DNA of 64,000 nt from an uncultured Bacilli bacterium (GCA_944350425.1 CALVOX010000005.1:26100-90099), one strand, 5' to 3'. Shown: positions 26,565-37,182, counted from the stretch's first letter. A program made the numbers and translations. The notes: generated by a model not told the origin, from the sequence alone.

Positions 26565-29500
26565 GTTTTAAGGCCTCTTGATGAATAATTTTTAATACAT
26601 TTATTAACGTATCAATATAATTTTGATTCTTAGTTTTATCAATAATTAAATTTAAAGTTTTATTTAAATAGGTCATCTTAACTTTAGAAGCATAATTAAT
26701 TAATGCCATAAATAAGTCAGTTCCAATACCTTCTATTTTACACACCTCTTTTGATAATGTTAAATTCAAAAAATTCGGATTATCATCAAGTTTTTCAAAC
26801 TCTTTGAAAGAAAGATAAATATCTATTTCCCTTTGTTCAAGTAAATTAGAGAAAGAGATTGGAATTTCTCCACCATAGTTATCTTTAATATATTTCTTTA
26901 AGTTATCTAATTTATCAAAAGTATCAGCTTCATTAATTTTTTGATAAAGTTCAATTTTCTCGTTATTAGATGCAAAAGTTTCTGGGATATAGGCATCTTT
27001 GTTAAGCAATATTTTACGATTTTGCTCTTTTTCTTCATTTTCAATGGCGAATTGTCCGTTTTCCCTTTCTTTTAAAGCTTCGTTTAAAAGTTTCAAATAT
27101 AAATCGATTCCTACATCATCAATAAAACCAGCTTGTTCTCTTCCTAAAATTTCACCAGCCCCTCTAATTAATAAATCTCTTTGAGCAATTTTATACCCAC
27201 TCCCTAATTCAGTAAAATCTTGAATAGCCTTTAAACGTTTTTTAGCATCATCATTTAGTTTTTTATTTTTATCAATTAAGAGATAGCAATAAGCCATTTT
27301 ATCACTTCTTCCGACTCTTCCCTTGATTTGATAAAGTTGCGCAAGACCATACTTATCAGCTTCATCCACAATAATTAAATTAGCATTACGAACATCAATA
27401 CCATTTTCAATAATTGTCGTTGCTAAAAGTAGATCTATTTCATTTATATAAAATGAAGTCATAACTTGATCAATATCGTCTTTATTCATTTTCCCATGAA
27501 TAATTCCTATCTTCATATCAGGGATTAATTCTTGAAGTTTTGTACCAACTTCATAAATATCAAAAATGTTGTTGTGCACAAAATAGATTTGGCCACTTCT
27601 AGAAAGTTCTCTAGATATAACTTCTTTTAAAACTTTGTAATCTTTTTGAATTACATAAAGTTGTATAGGAAGTCTTTCTTTTGGTGGAGTTTGAATAGTT
27701 GAAATTGATTTAAGTCCAACAAGAGATGATTGGAGGGTTCGTGGAATTGGCGTTGCACTAAGAGTTAAAACATCAATATTTTCTTTTTTGATTTTTATTT
27801 TTTCTTTTTGTTCAACACCAAAACGTTGCTCTTCATCAATAATTAATAATCCAAGGTTCGAAAACTCTAGTTTTGAGTTTAAAGCTTTATGAGTTCCAAT
27901 CAAAATATTAATTTTTCCATTTTTTGTTTCTTCAAAAATTGATTTCACTTCTTTAGGAAACTGGTTTCTTGTTAAAAGTTTTATATTTAAATCAAATTTT
28001 CTAAAACGGTCTAAAGCCACTTCATAATGTTGCTTTGCTAATAATGTAGTCGGAGCAACAATTAAAACTTGTTTATTACCTAAAACAGCTTTAAATGCAG
28101 CTCTAAAAGCAATTTCTGTTTTTCCAAAACCAACATCACCACATAAAAGTCGATCCATAGGAAAATCACTTTCCATATCTTTTTTAATTTCACTTAAAGA
28201 GGTTTGTTGATCTGGTGTAAGTTCATAAGGAAATTCGTTTTCGAACTCTTCTTGTAAATAGTCGTCTAATGGAAATTTATATCCCTTAACCATTGCTCGA
28301 TCTTTATATAAAACTAAAAGTTTATCAGCTAAATCGTTAACTTTATCTTTGATTCTTTTTTTAGTTTTTTTCCACGTGTCACTATGTAAAGACGATAATT
28401 TTGGTATTCTACCTTCTTGACCGACATATTTTCTTATTAAATTAAACGAATATAAAGGAACAAATAATTCATCATTATTTGCAAACATAATTTCTAAATA
28501 ATCCTCAGTTTTGTTTGCAAGTTTAATTTGTTTTACGCCTTTATATTGACCAATACCATATCTTTCATGAACAACAAAATCATCTTTTGCTAACTCTTCA
28601 TAACTTCCAATTATTACCCCTTCTCTAAATTTCGAAGAATAAGCAGTGTTAATATGTCTAACATTGAACAAAAGTTTAGAAGTTACTAAGACAAAAGAAT
28701 TATCTTTATTTTCTAATGATATATCAAAATCCGATAAAACTAGGTTAATTTCTTCGCTAAGTTTATCATCTAAGTCGTTTAAAATATTTACATCTCTATG
28801 TATTAATTTAAAATAATTTAAAAGAGTATTGAATTCAGCTTTATTTTTGACAACAAAAACTAGTTGTTTATATTCTGATAAATACATATCAACTACTTTT
28901 GTATAGTCATTTCCTTTTTTAGCTTCAAATAATGGTTTTGAGAGCTCTATATTTTTATATTTTTTTGTATCTGACGAAAAATTTGTAAAATAGTAGTTTC
29001 TTTCGCTATGAGGATCTATTAATTCTATCGACTTATCAAAACATTCAAGATGAGATATAGATTTTCCACTTTCAGCCAAATCAGTTAATAGTTCTAATGA
29101 TTCCTTATATAAAATCTCTTTTGAGTCCAAAAAATCATCTTTTTCTAATATAATCGTTTCAAAGTTAGATAAATAAGATGTGACAGGATGCCTTTTATTT
29201 TTTAAGAACCCATAATATTTATATAAACGAGATGAATAGTTGTTTGTTTCTAAATCCATAGTGTCTTCAGAAATTTGGAGTTTCATAATATCTTTTAAAT
29301 CATCTCTTATATGTGGTAAATCTAACTCTAAACGATGAGTAATTTTATTTCTTACTTGACTTCTTTCTTCATCATTAAAAAGTAAGGCAGTAGCTGGAAG
29401 AATCAAAACTTCGTCAACTTTTTTGGATGAAAGCTGATTTTCTATATCAAAAAACCTTATTGATTCTACTTCATCATCAAAAAACTCAATTCTTAAAGGT

Positions 29501-29988
29501 TTATCATAATTGATAGAAAAAACATCAACAACATCGCCTCTAGTAGCAAATTGCAAAGATTGGTCAATTTTTGAAACTTTATAATAACCTATTTTTGCTA
29601 GTTTTGAACTTAAGTCTTTAATCGAGTGAATTTCACCTATTTTTAAAGAGATTGAAGCTTCTAAAAACTCTTCTTTTGAAGGATAAAATCTATAAAATGA
29701 TGATGGAGTTAATATAAATATTTTATGCTTTGCATTAATCATAGAAGAAAGAGAGTAAACCCTATTTGCTAAAATGTCTTTACCCTCAGAAATATATTCA
29801 ACTCTTATCATTTCATTTTCTAAAAATAAAATAATATCTTCTTTATTTTTAATAAGGTTAACTAACGAAGCATAAAGTTTATTTGCTTTATAAGTTGAAG
29901 AAATAAGAACGACTAAATTTTTGTTATTTTTAAGACATTCAAGATATTTTTTGTATGTTAAAAAAGCCCCACCTATAATTTCATCCAC
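26551..29988 (-). CDS. mfd: Transcription-repair coupling factor
   Basis: GDVGFGKTE Walker A, LLIIDEEQRFG and a helicase C-terminal region. The track start is GTG with no SD. A likely earlier non-canonical start at 30069 is covered in findings. Confidence 0.95.
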   Translation of the reverse strand: MDEIIGGAFLTYKKYLECLKNNKNLVVLISSTYKANKLYASLVNLIKNKEDIILFLENEMIRVEYISEGKDILANRVYSLSSMINAKHKIFILTPSSFYRFYPSKEEFLEASISLKIGEIHSIKDLSSKLAKIGYYKVSKIDQSLQFATRGDVVDVFSINYDKPLRIEFFDDEVESIRFFDIENQLSSKKVDEVLILPATALLFNDEERSQVRNKITHRLELDLPHIRDDLKDIMKLQISEDTMDLETNNYSSRLYKYYGFLKNKRHPVTSYLSNFETIILEKDDFLDSKEILYKESLELLTDLAESGKSISHLECFDKSIELIDPHSERNYYFTNFSSDTKKYKNIELSKPLFEAKKGNDYTKVVDMYLSEYKQLVFVVKNKAEFNTLLNYFKLIHRDVNILNDLDDKLSEEINLVLSDFDISLENKDNSFVLVTSKLLFNVRHINTAYSSKFREGVIIGSYEELAKDDFVVHERYGIGQYKGVKQIKLANKTEDYLEIMFANNDELFVPLYSFNLIRKYVGQEGRIPKLSSLHSDTWKKTKKRIKDKVNDLADKLLVLYKDRAMVKGYKFPLDDYLQEEFENEFPYELTPDQQTSLSEIKKDMESDFPMDRLLCGDVGFGKTEIAFRAAFKAVLGNKQVLIVAPTTLLAKQHYEVALDRFRKFDLNIKLLTRNQFPKEVKSIFEETKNGKINILIGTHKALNSKLEFSNLGLLIIDEEQRFGVEQKEKIKIKKENIDVLTLSATPIPRTLQSSLVGLKSISTIQTPPKERLPIQLYVIQKDYKVLKEVISRELSRSGQIYFVHNNIFDIYEVGTKLQELIPDMKIGIIHGKMNKDDIDQVMTSFYINEIDLLLATTIIENGIDVRNANLIIVDEADKYGLAQLYQIKGRVGRSDKMAYCYLLIDKNKKLNDDAKKRLKAIQDFTELGSGYKIAQRDLLIRGAGEILGREQAGFIDDVGIDLYLKLLNEALKERENGQFAIENEEKEQNRKILLNKDAYIPETFASNNEKIELYQKINEADTFDKLDNLKKYIKDNYGGEIPISFSNLLEQREIDIYLSFKEFEKLDDNPNFLNLTLSKEVCKIEGIGTDLFMALINYASKVKMTYLNKTLNLIIDKTKNQNYIDTLINVLKIIHQEALKHEIR

Positions 29989-30112
29989 TACATAGTAGGA
30001 GTTTTTACTTGAATCTAACTTTGAATCGTCAAATAGGTCAAAAAGATCTTTAATGTAATTAAGTATAATGAATTCTCCTTATAGTCGTTAAATTTTTATT
30101 TCCACGTGCAAA

Positions 30113-30673
30113 CTAATGATTGTATATAGACATAGCTTTATTAAAAGAACCTTCTTTTATATAAACTTTTAATGCGTTAACCGCATTTTCTTGAGCTTTA
30201 TCTATTTTATCTTGCTCTTCTTTTGATGGTTTACCTAAAACAAAATTAATTTTGTCATAACTTGGTGCACCAATTCCAACTCTAATTCTTTTAAAATCTT
30301 GTCTATTACCTAAGTTAGATATAATAGATTTAATTCCATTATGTCCAGCACTACTTCCGTTTTCTTTAAGTTTAAGATGCCCAACTTCTATATCCATATC
30401 ATCATAAATGACGATAATATCTTCAATACCAATCTTAAAATAATCCATTACTTGTCTAACTGCAATTCCTGAATTATTCATATAAGTTTGTGGTTTTAAT
30501 AAAATTATATCTTCATCCCAATATTTTGCTTTCAAATATAAAGATGAAAACCCTTTTTTATCAATATCTTCGCCTAAAGAAGAAGCAAATTTATCAACTA
30601 CATCAAACCCCATGTTATGACGAGTATGTTCATATTCTTTTCCAAAATTTCCAAGTCCAATAATAAGTTTCAT
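30113..30673 (-). CDS. pth: Peptidyl-tRNA hydrolase
   Basis: MKLIIGLGNFGKEYEHTRHNMGF is the canonical Pth N-terminus. Confidence 0.97.
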   Translation of the reverse strand: MKLIIGLGNFGKEYEHTRHNMGFDVVDKFASSLGEDIDKKGFSSLYLKAKYWDEDIILLKPQTYMNNSGIAVRQVMDYFKIGIEDIIVIYDDMDIEVGHLKLKENGSSAGHNGIKSIISNLGNRQDFKRIRVGIGAPSYDKINFVLGKPSKEEQDKIDKAQENAVNALKVYIKEGSFNKAMSIYNH

Positions 30674-30838
30674 AACGCCAAAGATTATACCATAAATTCG
30701 TTATTTTTTAAGTTAAATATACCAAATTTTATAAATCAAAGTTCGTTTAAGTTTATATTTAAAACACCTGTAATTAGAGTAAAAAAATTAAGCGAGAAAG
30801 TAGTTCGAAATTAATTAGAAATTTTTTATTTTATTTAA

Positions 30839-30867
30839 TTGACAAGATAGTCAATACATTCTATACT
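30839..30867 (+). promoter_or_regulatory. Promoter of the TetR-ABC operon with overlapping palindromic operator
   Basis: TTGACA (30839-30844), a 17-nt spacer, then TATACT (30862-30867). Inverted repeat TTGAC-N6-GTCAA (30839-30854) overlaps the -35. Confidence 0.6.
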
Positions 30868-30891
30868 TTTTAATCATTAAAGGAGAAAGAT

Positions 30892-31482
30892 ATGCCAAGA
30901 ACAGCTGAAGCAAATAAATTAATTCGCGATAAAAGAGCTAAGCAAATTTTACAAGTTGCTTTGCGTTTATTTTGCCTTGAAGAATATGAAAAAGTCCCAA
31001 TGGATCGAATTGCTAAAGAAGCTCATATTTCTCATGGCTTAATCTATCACTATTTTTCTCAAAAAAGCGATATTTTAAAAGCTTTACTTGATGAAGCTAA
31101 ACAAAAATTCAACGCTATTTTTGAAATAGACGAAATGAGAGAGAAAAAAGGTTACGACTTTTTTGAATATCTCACAAACTTTATAACCTCTACTATTTCT
31201 TTAGGTACAGATTATTCATATTACCTAGCATTAATTTTATCTTTTAAAATAGGCTCTAACGCTAAACCTTCATTTGAAAACTTAGACCACTTCAAACAAC
31301 TTGAGGAAAACTTTATTGAAGGCCAAAAAGAAGGTAAATTTGCTCCAGGTAACCCTAGAGATTACGTGCTTTGCTACCTTTATTTAATATATGCGATAGT
31401 TTATGGCTCAATACTTTCAAATGGGAAAAATATTGTTCCGCCTTTAAACGTTATTATGAATGTTTTAAAAAGGAGTGATTAA
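30892..31482 (+). CDS. TetR/AcrR family transcriptional regulator
   Basis: N-terminal HTH MDRIAKEAHISHGLIYHYF. The 3' end overlaps the ABC gene by 8 nt. Confidence 0.9.
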   Translation: MPRTAEANKLIRDKRAKQILQVALRLFCLEEYEKVPMDRIAKEAHISHGLIYHYFSQKSDILKALLDEAKQKFNAIFEIDEMREKKGYDFFEYLTNFITSTISLGTDYSYYLALILSFKIGSNAKPSFENLDHFKQLEENFIEGQKEGKFAPGNPRDYVLCYLYLIYAIVYGSILSNGKNIVPPLNVIMNVLKRSD

Positions 31483-33649
31483 ACAAATGGCTAAACTATT
31501 TAAAATCTTTGCAAAAAGATGGTACCTAATTTTGATGACGGCTCTTGCTATTATTTGTCAAGTTTGGTTTCAATTAAATCTTCCTGATTTTATGGGAAAC
31601 ATCCAAACTATCATAATGTATGGCAAAATGCCAGTTATTCAACCTGTTACCTACACCAATCCATTGACAGGTGAAGTTCTTCAAATCATTCAAACATTAT
31701 CTCAGGAAGAAATGATAAGTCGAATTTTAAATCAAGGCGGTTGGATGATACTTTGCTGTGCCGTTATTTTATGCTGTGCTTTTATTCAATTCTATGGTGC
31801 ATCTTCAACAGGTGCTTATACTGGAAAAGAATTAAGAAGATATATGTATCAAAAAGTAAATACATTATCTTTATCAGAATATAATAAATTTGGTACTGCA
31901 ACTTTAATTACAAGAACTACTAACGATATTGAACAAATAAAAAACTACGTTATTATGGCATTAAGAATCATGGTTATGTCACCAACATACATGATTATCG
32001 CTATTATTAAAACTGTAACTTTACCAGATCCTGGTCCAAAACTTTCATTAGTTTTAGTTATTGCTATTCCTCTAATCATTGCTTTTATGGTTATTATATT
32101 TGCATTTGTCGTACCTCTATTCAAACTTATGCAATATAGATTAGATGATGTTACTGTTGTTTTAAGAGAAGGCTTAACAGGCGTAAGAGTTATTAGAGCT
32201 TATGACCAGCAAGAAACAGAAAGTAAGAAATTTAAAGATGTTAATGGTGCATTAAGAAAAATTCAAAAAAGATCCGGCAGAATTATGTCTATAGCTAATC
32301 CTGCTATTCAAGTAATATTTAACTTTACATTTATTGTTATTTACGCCTTCGGTTTCTATTTATTGACTGATATTAGTGGAGTAAACATTAATGCCGCTCT
32401 TGCTGAGCAAGTTAAGATTATCTCTATTGTTGCTCAATATTCGATGCAAATAATGAATTCATTCTTAATGTTTGCAATGATATTAATCATGATTCCTCAA
32501 GCTCTTGCTTCTTATAGAAGAATTGATGAAGTATTCCAAACTAAATCTATTATTGATGATTCTTATGCAAGAGACTTTGCTAAAAAAGCTTATGAAGCTC
32601 ATTTAGCAAGACTCGAATATAGATTTAAAGAAGAATATAAAAATACTCATGATGGAAATATCTTTTCGTTCTCACTATTAAAAGACAAATTCTCTAAAAT
32701 GAGCGAAGAGGAAAAAGTTAATGACCCTCTATATAAGGATTATACCGATTATATTAATATTAGAAAAAATCGAGAGGAAATTATTGAAAGATTAAACGAT
32801 AACTCTAGCGATGAATATATAAAAGTTATTGAAAAATATTTCCATGACTTTAAAGAACATGGCGTTGTTGAATTTAAAAATGTTTCATTTACTTACCCTG
32901 ATGCAAATACTCCAACAATCATGAATATTTCTTTCAAAACTAAACCAGGCACAACGACGGCAATTATCGGTTCAACAGGTAGTGGCAAGTCAACTTTAAT
33001 CAACCTTATTCCTCGTTTCTACGATGCTACTGAAGGTGAAATATTATTTGATGGAGTTAACGTTAAGTTTCTTCCTCAAAAAGTATTACGTGATCACGTT
33101 GGTTTTGTTCCTCAACAAGCTGTATTATTCTCCGGCAGTATTAGAGAAAATATGAAATACGGCGATAAAGAAGCAAGTGATGAAACAATTATTACCGCAT
33201 TAAACGTTGCTCAAGCAGGAAATTTTGTTAGTAAACTTCCTGAAAAGTTAGATACTTATGTTTCTCAAGGTGGTAAAAACTTCTCTGGTGGTCAAAAACA
33301 AAGACTATGTATTGCAAGAGCATTAGTTAGAAAACCTGAGATTTATGTCTTTGATGATTCTTTCTCTGCTTTAGATTTCAAAACAGACGCTATGCTTAGA
33401 GCAGAACTTAAAAAATATACAAAAAATGCCTCTACAATTGTTGTTGCTCAAAGAGTTTCTTCAATTTTAGATGCTGACAATATTATTGTTTTAAATGAAG
33501 GTAAGTGTGTTGGTCAAGGTACTCATAGAGAACTCCTTGCATCTTGCAAGGTATACCAAGATATTGTTAAATCACAACTTGACCCTGAAGAAGTTGAAAA
33601 AACTATTCAACTTACTCAGCAATATGTTGCGGAAGGAGGTAATAAATAA
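31475..33649 (+). CDS. ABC exporter, fused permease/ATPase (heterodimer subunit A) with inserted linker domain
   Basis: 6-TM domain, Walker A GSTGSGKST, signature FSGGQKQRL, Walker B IYVFDDSFSALD. Has an extra segment of about 100 aa between the TMD and NBD. Confidence 0.9.
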   Translation: MIKQMAKLFKIFAKRWYLILMTALAIICQVWFQLNLPDFMGNIQTIIMYGKMPVIQPVTYTNPLTGEVLQIIQTLSQEEMISRILNQGGWMILCCAVILCCAFIQFYGASSTGAYTGKELRRYMYQKVNTLSLSEYNKFGTATLITRTTNDIEQIKNYVIMALRIMVMSPTYMIIAIIKTVTLPDPGPKLSLVLVIAIPLIIAFMVIIFAFVVPLFKLMQYRLDDVTVVLREGLTGVRVIRAYDQQETESKKFKDVNGALRKIQKRSGRIMSIANPAIQVIFNFTFIVIYAFGFYLLTDISGVNINAALAEQVKIISIVAQYSMQIMNSFLMFAMILIMIPQALASYRRIDEVFQTKSIIDDSYARDFAKKAYEAHLARLEYRFKEEYKNTHDGNIFSFSLLKDKFSKMSEEEKVNDPLYKDYTDYINIRKNREEIIERLNDNSSDEYIKVIEKYFHDFKEHGVVEFKNVSFTYPDANTPTIMNISFKTKPGTTTAIIGSTGSGKSTLINLIPRFYDATEGEILFDGVNVKFLPQKVLRDHVGFVPQQAVLFSGSIRENMKYGDKEASDETIITALNVAQAGNFVSKLPEKLDTYVSQGGKNFSGGQKQRLCIARALVRKPEIYVFDDSFSALDFKTDAMLRAELKKYTKNASTIVVAQRVSSILDADNIIVLNEGKCVGQGTHRELLASCKVYQDIVKSQLDPEEVEKTIQLTQQYVAEGGNK

Positions 33650-35481
33650 TGCCACCACGTAAAATAATATCCGGAAAACCTAAAAATTTCCGCAAGACTT
33701 TCTCAAGAATGCTCAAAGATTTTAAATCTCATGCAATATTGATGGTTTTTATTATTATTCTTGCTATAGGTAGTGCTATTTTATCAATCATTACTCCTTC
33801 TCTTCTTAGAGATTTGTTAAATAGCGCTGAACAAGATTTAATATTTATTGATTACATCACTAATACCATTAACATTCACTGGGATGTCTTCTTCTATAAA
33901 TTTGGAATTATTCTTGGTTTATATGCCTTAGCAGCTTTATTCTCTTGGTTAAGTGAATTTGCTGCAGTAAGTGTCTCAGCAAAATATTCGTATGAAATAA
34001 GAAATAAGCTTCAAGAAAAAATCGATCGAATTCCACTTTCTTATTTTGATAGAGTTCCTTATGGTGATACATTATCAATTGGAACTAACGATGTTGATAA
34101 CATCTCAAGAAACTTACAATCAATTATCACTCAAACATTTAGAGCAGTGACATTATTCTTTGGTGCCCTAATTGCAATGATAGTAATTAACTGGCAACTT
34201 GCTTTAGTTGCACTTGTATCTGTCCCTCTTTCTTTAACTTTTGTTCTTGTTATATCTAAATTCTCTGGGAAACAATTCATTCGTTATCGTAATGATTTAG
34301 GTGAACTTAACGGACAAATCGAAGAAACATATGCAGGATACAAAATTATTAAGTTATTTAATAAAGAAGCAGACGTTGAAGAAAGATTTAATGAAACTAA
34401 TAAAAAAATGGAAAAAACCGACCAACTTTCTCAATATTTATCTGGCTTAATTTTCCCAACGACATTCTTTGTTAACAACCTTTGCTATGTTGGTATTGCT
34501 GTAGTTGCTGGTATAGTCGCTGACGTTGCAACCATGGTTGTCTTCTTCATGTACTTAAATTCTTTCACTTCTCCTATTCAACAAATTGGCCAAATCTTCA
34601 ATATTATTCAATCAGTTGTTGCTTCTGGAGAAAGAATTTATAACTTACTTGATCAACAAGAAGAAGAACCTGATAAAGAAGATTCCATTAGGACAGAAGA
34701 TAACATTATTGGATCTTTTGATTTTGAAAATGTTTCTTTCTCATACACTCCAGATAAACCATTAATTGAAGGAATGAATCTACATGTTAATGCTGGAGAT
34801 ATGATTGCTATTGTTGGTCCGACTGGCGCAGGTAAAACCACATTAGTTAACTTAATTATGAGATTCTATGAGATTAACGGAGGAACAATTAAACTCGATG
34901 GAATTTCTACAAAAGACTTTGCAAGAAATACTCTTAGAGGTTCGATTGGTATGGTTCTTCAAGATACTTGGCTATTTAAAGGAAGTATTAAAGAAAACTT
35001 GCTTTATGGTAACCAGGATGCTACTGATGAAGATATCATTAAAGCATGTAAGGAAGCTCATATTCATCACTTTATCGAAACTCTTCCTGGAGGATATAAC
35101 TATGAACTCACTGAAGATGGTAGTAATATTTCTCAAGGTCAAAGACAACTTTTAACTATTGCTAGAGCAATTATTTCTGAACCAAAAATCTTAATTCTTG
35201 ATGAAGCTACTTCAAGCGTTGATACTCGTACGGAGCAACAAATTCAAGATGCTTTAGATTCAATTATGAAGGGTAGGACTTCATTTGTTATCGCCCATAG
35301 ATTATCGACTATTAAAAACGCTAAAAACATCATTGTTATGAAAAAAGGCCATATTGTTGAAACTGGAAATCATAAAGAACTTCTTGAAAAAGGAGGATTC
35401 TATGCCGATTTATACAACGCTCAATTCTCTGGCTTAAATCCAATGAACAAAAATAGTGAAAACACTGTCGTTGATTCCTAA
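33649..35481 (+). CDS. ABC exporter, fused permease/ATPase (heterodimer subunit B)
   Basis: Walker A GPTGAGKTT, signature ISQGQRQLL, Walker B ILILDEATSSVD. ATG overlaps the upstream stop (TAATG). Confidence 0.92.
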   Translation: MPPRKIISGKPKNFRKTFSRMLKDFKSHAILMVFIIILAIGSAILSIITPSLLRDLLNSAEQDLIFIDYITNTINIHWDVFFYKFGIILGLYALAALFSWLSEFAAVSVSAKYSYEIRNKLQEKIDRIPLSYFDRVPYGDTLSIGTNDVDNISRNLQSIITQTFRAVTLFFGALIAMIVINWQLALVALVSVPLSLTFVLVISKFSGKQFIRYRNDLGELNGQIEETYAGYKIIKLFNKEADVEERFNETNKKMEKTDQLSQYLSGLIFPTTFFVNNLCYVGIAVVAGIVADVATMVVFFMYLNSFTSPIQQIGQIFNIIQSVVASGERIYNLLDQQEEEPDKEDSIRTEDNIIGSFDFENVSFSYTPDKPLIEGMNLHVNAGDMIAIVGPTGAGKTTLVNLIMRFYEINGGTIKLDGISTKDFARNTLRGSIGMVLQDTWLFKGSIKENLLYGNQDATDEDIIKACKEAHIHHFIETLPGGYNYELTEDGSNISQGQRQLLTIARAIISEPKILILDEATSSVDTRTEQQIQDALDSIMKGRTSFVIAHRLSTIKNAKNIIVMKKGHIVETGNHKELLEKGGFYADLYNAQFSGLNPMNKNSENTVVDS

Positions 35482-35502
35482 TTAAAAAATATTCTAATTT
35501 AA

Positions 35503-35549
35503 AAAGCTGTTTAGAAACTCAAACGTAGATGAGACTAAACAGCTTTTTT
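35503..35549 (+). terminator. Rho-independent terminator of the ABC operon
   Basis: AAGCTGTTTAG...CTAAACAGCTT stem followed by TTTT. Confidence 0.7.
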
Positions 35550-35619
35550 ATAAATATTGATTAAGAAATATTTATTATTTCAAAAAGGACAATTAAATCT
35601 AATAGAATATTATTTTTTA

Positions 35620-37182
35620 TTATTCTACTCTTCCTTCATTATTCTCTTGTAAGTATTGATTAAGATATTTGTAATTTTTTTTCAATCTAGGATAAATCTT
35701 CTTATAAACTTTATTAAATAAATACTCATATTTTTCTACCGCTTCTTTATGAGGATAGAAAATTTTCTCATATTTAACCATTTCTTCTTTAGCTTCAAAA
35801 ATATCCTTAAATTGTTTTAATGCAACAAATTGTGCCATTGCACAACCTAGCGAAGAAGTTTCATAAGTAGAAGATTTATATACAGGAAGACTAAAGATAT
35901 CCGCTGTTATTTGACAAATTGCATCACTTTTACTTCCACCGCCTGCGACAGTTATATAAGTACATTTTTGATGACTTCTTTTTTGGATAGATTCTAAGCC
36001 TTCTTTCAAAGCATAATCGATACCTTCAATAATAGCTCTATAAACATGATATTTTGTATGAACATCATAAAAACCAATAATTGATCCTTTACCATAAGGT
36101 TTATCAAGCTGAGGACCCCAGAATGGTTGAACTATTAAACCATTACTTCCTGGCTGAATATCCATGATTTTCTTATTTAATAATTCCTCTGGAACAATTT
36201 TTTCAATTTGAGCTGTGTCTAATTCTTCATGAGCAAACTCTCTTAGGAACCAAGAAAGCATCCAATACCCTCTATAAACTTGTACTTCACCAGAATAAGA
36301 GCCTTCAAAAGCAGTGCAATAAGCAGGCAAGAAATGAACTGGTTCGAAATATTTTTTTGAAATCATTGCAATTGAAGAGGCTGTTCCGAAACTTGCATGG
36401 GCAGCATATTCTTCTATAGCGCCAGCACCTAAAGCTTCACATGATTTATCATTTCCTGTTGCAATATATTGAAGACCAACAGGAAATCCTGTTTCCACGT
36501 GGCATTTTTCCGTTATTTTACCAATGACTTCTCCTGGTCTAGATGGCTCGACCATAAGCTTAGGATCAATTCCATAAATGCATCCTTTAATTGCGTTTTT
36601 GCCATACAAACTACCTTTTTTAAAATTTATAGGGAAGTGGCCAATATAGTTTGAGGCACTATCTTTTAAAATACCTAGTAGCCTATAATTTAAATATGTG
36701 TTTAAAGGAACATAAAATTTAGTTTTCGACCAATTTTCAGGTTCATTTTCTTGAATCCATATTGCAGGTGTTCTTTTTCTATTAACACTTATCGTTTCTC
36801 CCATCCCCACAAAATTAAACGCAAGTTTATATAAAAAAGGTAATTTTTTTATTAATTTAGCTTGTCTTTGATCTAACCAAATAATGGAAGGTCTTATAAC
36901 ATTTTTATCTTTATTGAGTAAGACGCAAGTATCTCTAAAGCAGGTTGAAGAAATTGATGAACAATTTTTGATTAATTTTTTATTTTTTGCTGTTAATCTA
37001 TTAGCAGCAATGCACATTTTATTATAATAATAATCAGGGTTTTGTTCACAGTAGCCAGGTTTTAAACAAAAATAAGGCTGATCATATTTTTCTTGTTCAA
37101 ATGCCAAGAACTCACCTTTATCATTTATAATAGATACTCTAACTGATTGAGTTCCATAGTCTATAGCAATTACACAACTCAT
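35620..37182 (-). CDS. FGGY-family carbohydrate kinase
   Basis: MSCVIAIDYGTQSVR N-terminus and GGGSKS near the C-terminus. The track ORF extends to 37263, but that extension covers the ppdK promoter region and is unlike FGGY N-termini. Confidence 0.8.
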   Translation of the reverse strand: MSCVIAIDYGTQSVRVSIINDKGEFLAFEQEKYDQPYFCLKPGYCEQNPDYYYNKMCIAANRLTAKNKKLIKNCSSISSTCFRDTCVLLNKDKNVIRPSIIWLDQRQAKLIKKLPFLYKLAFNFVGMGETISVNRKRTPAIWIQENEPENWSKTKFYVPLNTYLNYRLLGILKDSASNYIGHFPINFKKGSLYGKNAIKGCIYGIDPKLMVEPSRPGEVIGKITEKCHVETGFPVGLQYIATGNDKSCEALGAGAIEEYAAHASFGTASSIAMISKKYFEPVHFLPAYCTAFEGSYSGEVQVYRGYWMLSWFLREFAHEELDTAQIEKIVPEELLNKKIMDIQPGSNGLIVQPFWGPQLDKPYGKGSIIGFYDVHTKYHVYRAIIEGIDYALKEGLESIQKRSHQKCTYITVAGGGSKSDAICQITADIFSLPVYKSSTYETSSLGCAMAQFVALKQFKDIFEAKEEMVKYEKIFYPHKEAVEKYEYLFNKVYKKIYPRLKKNYKYLNQYLQENNEGRVE

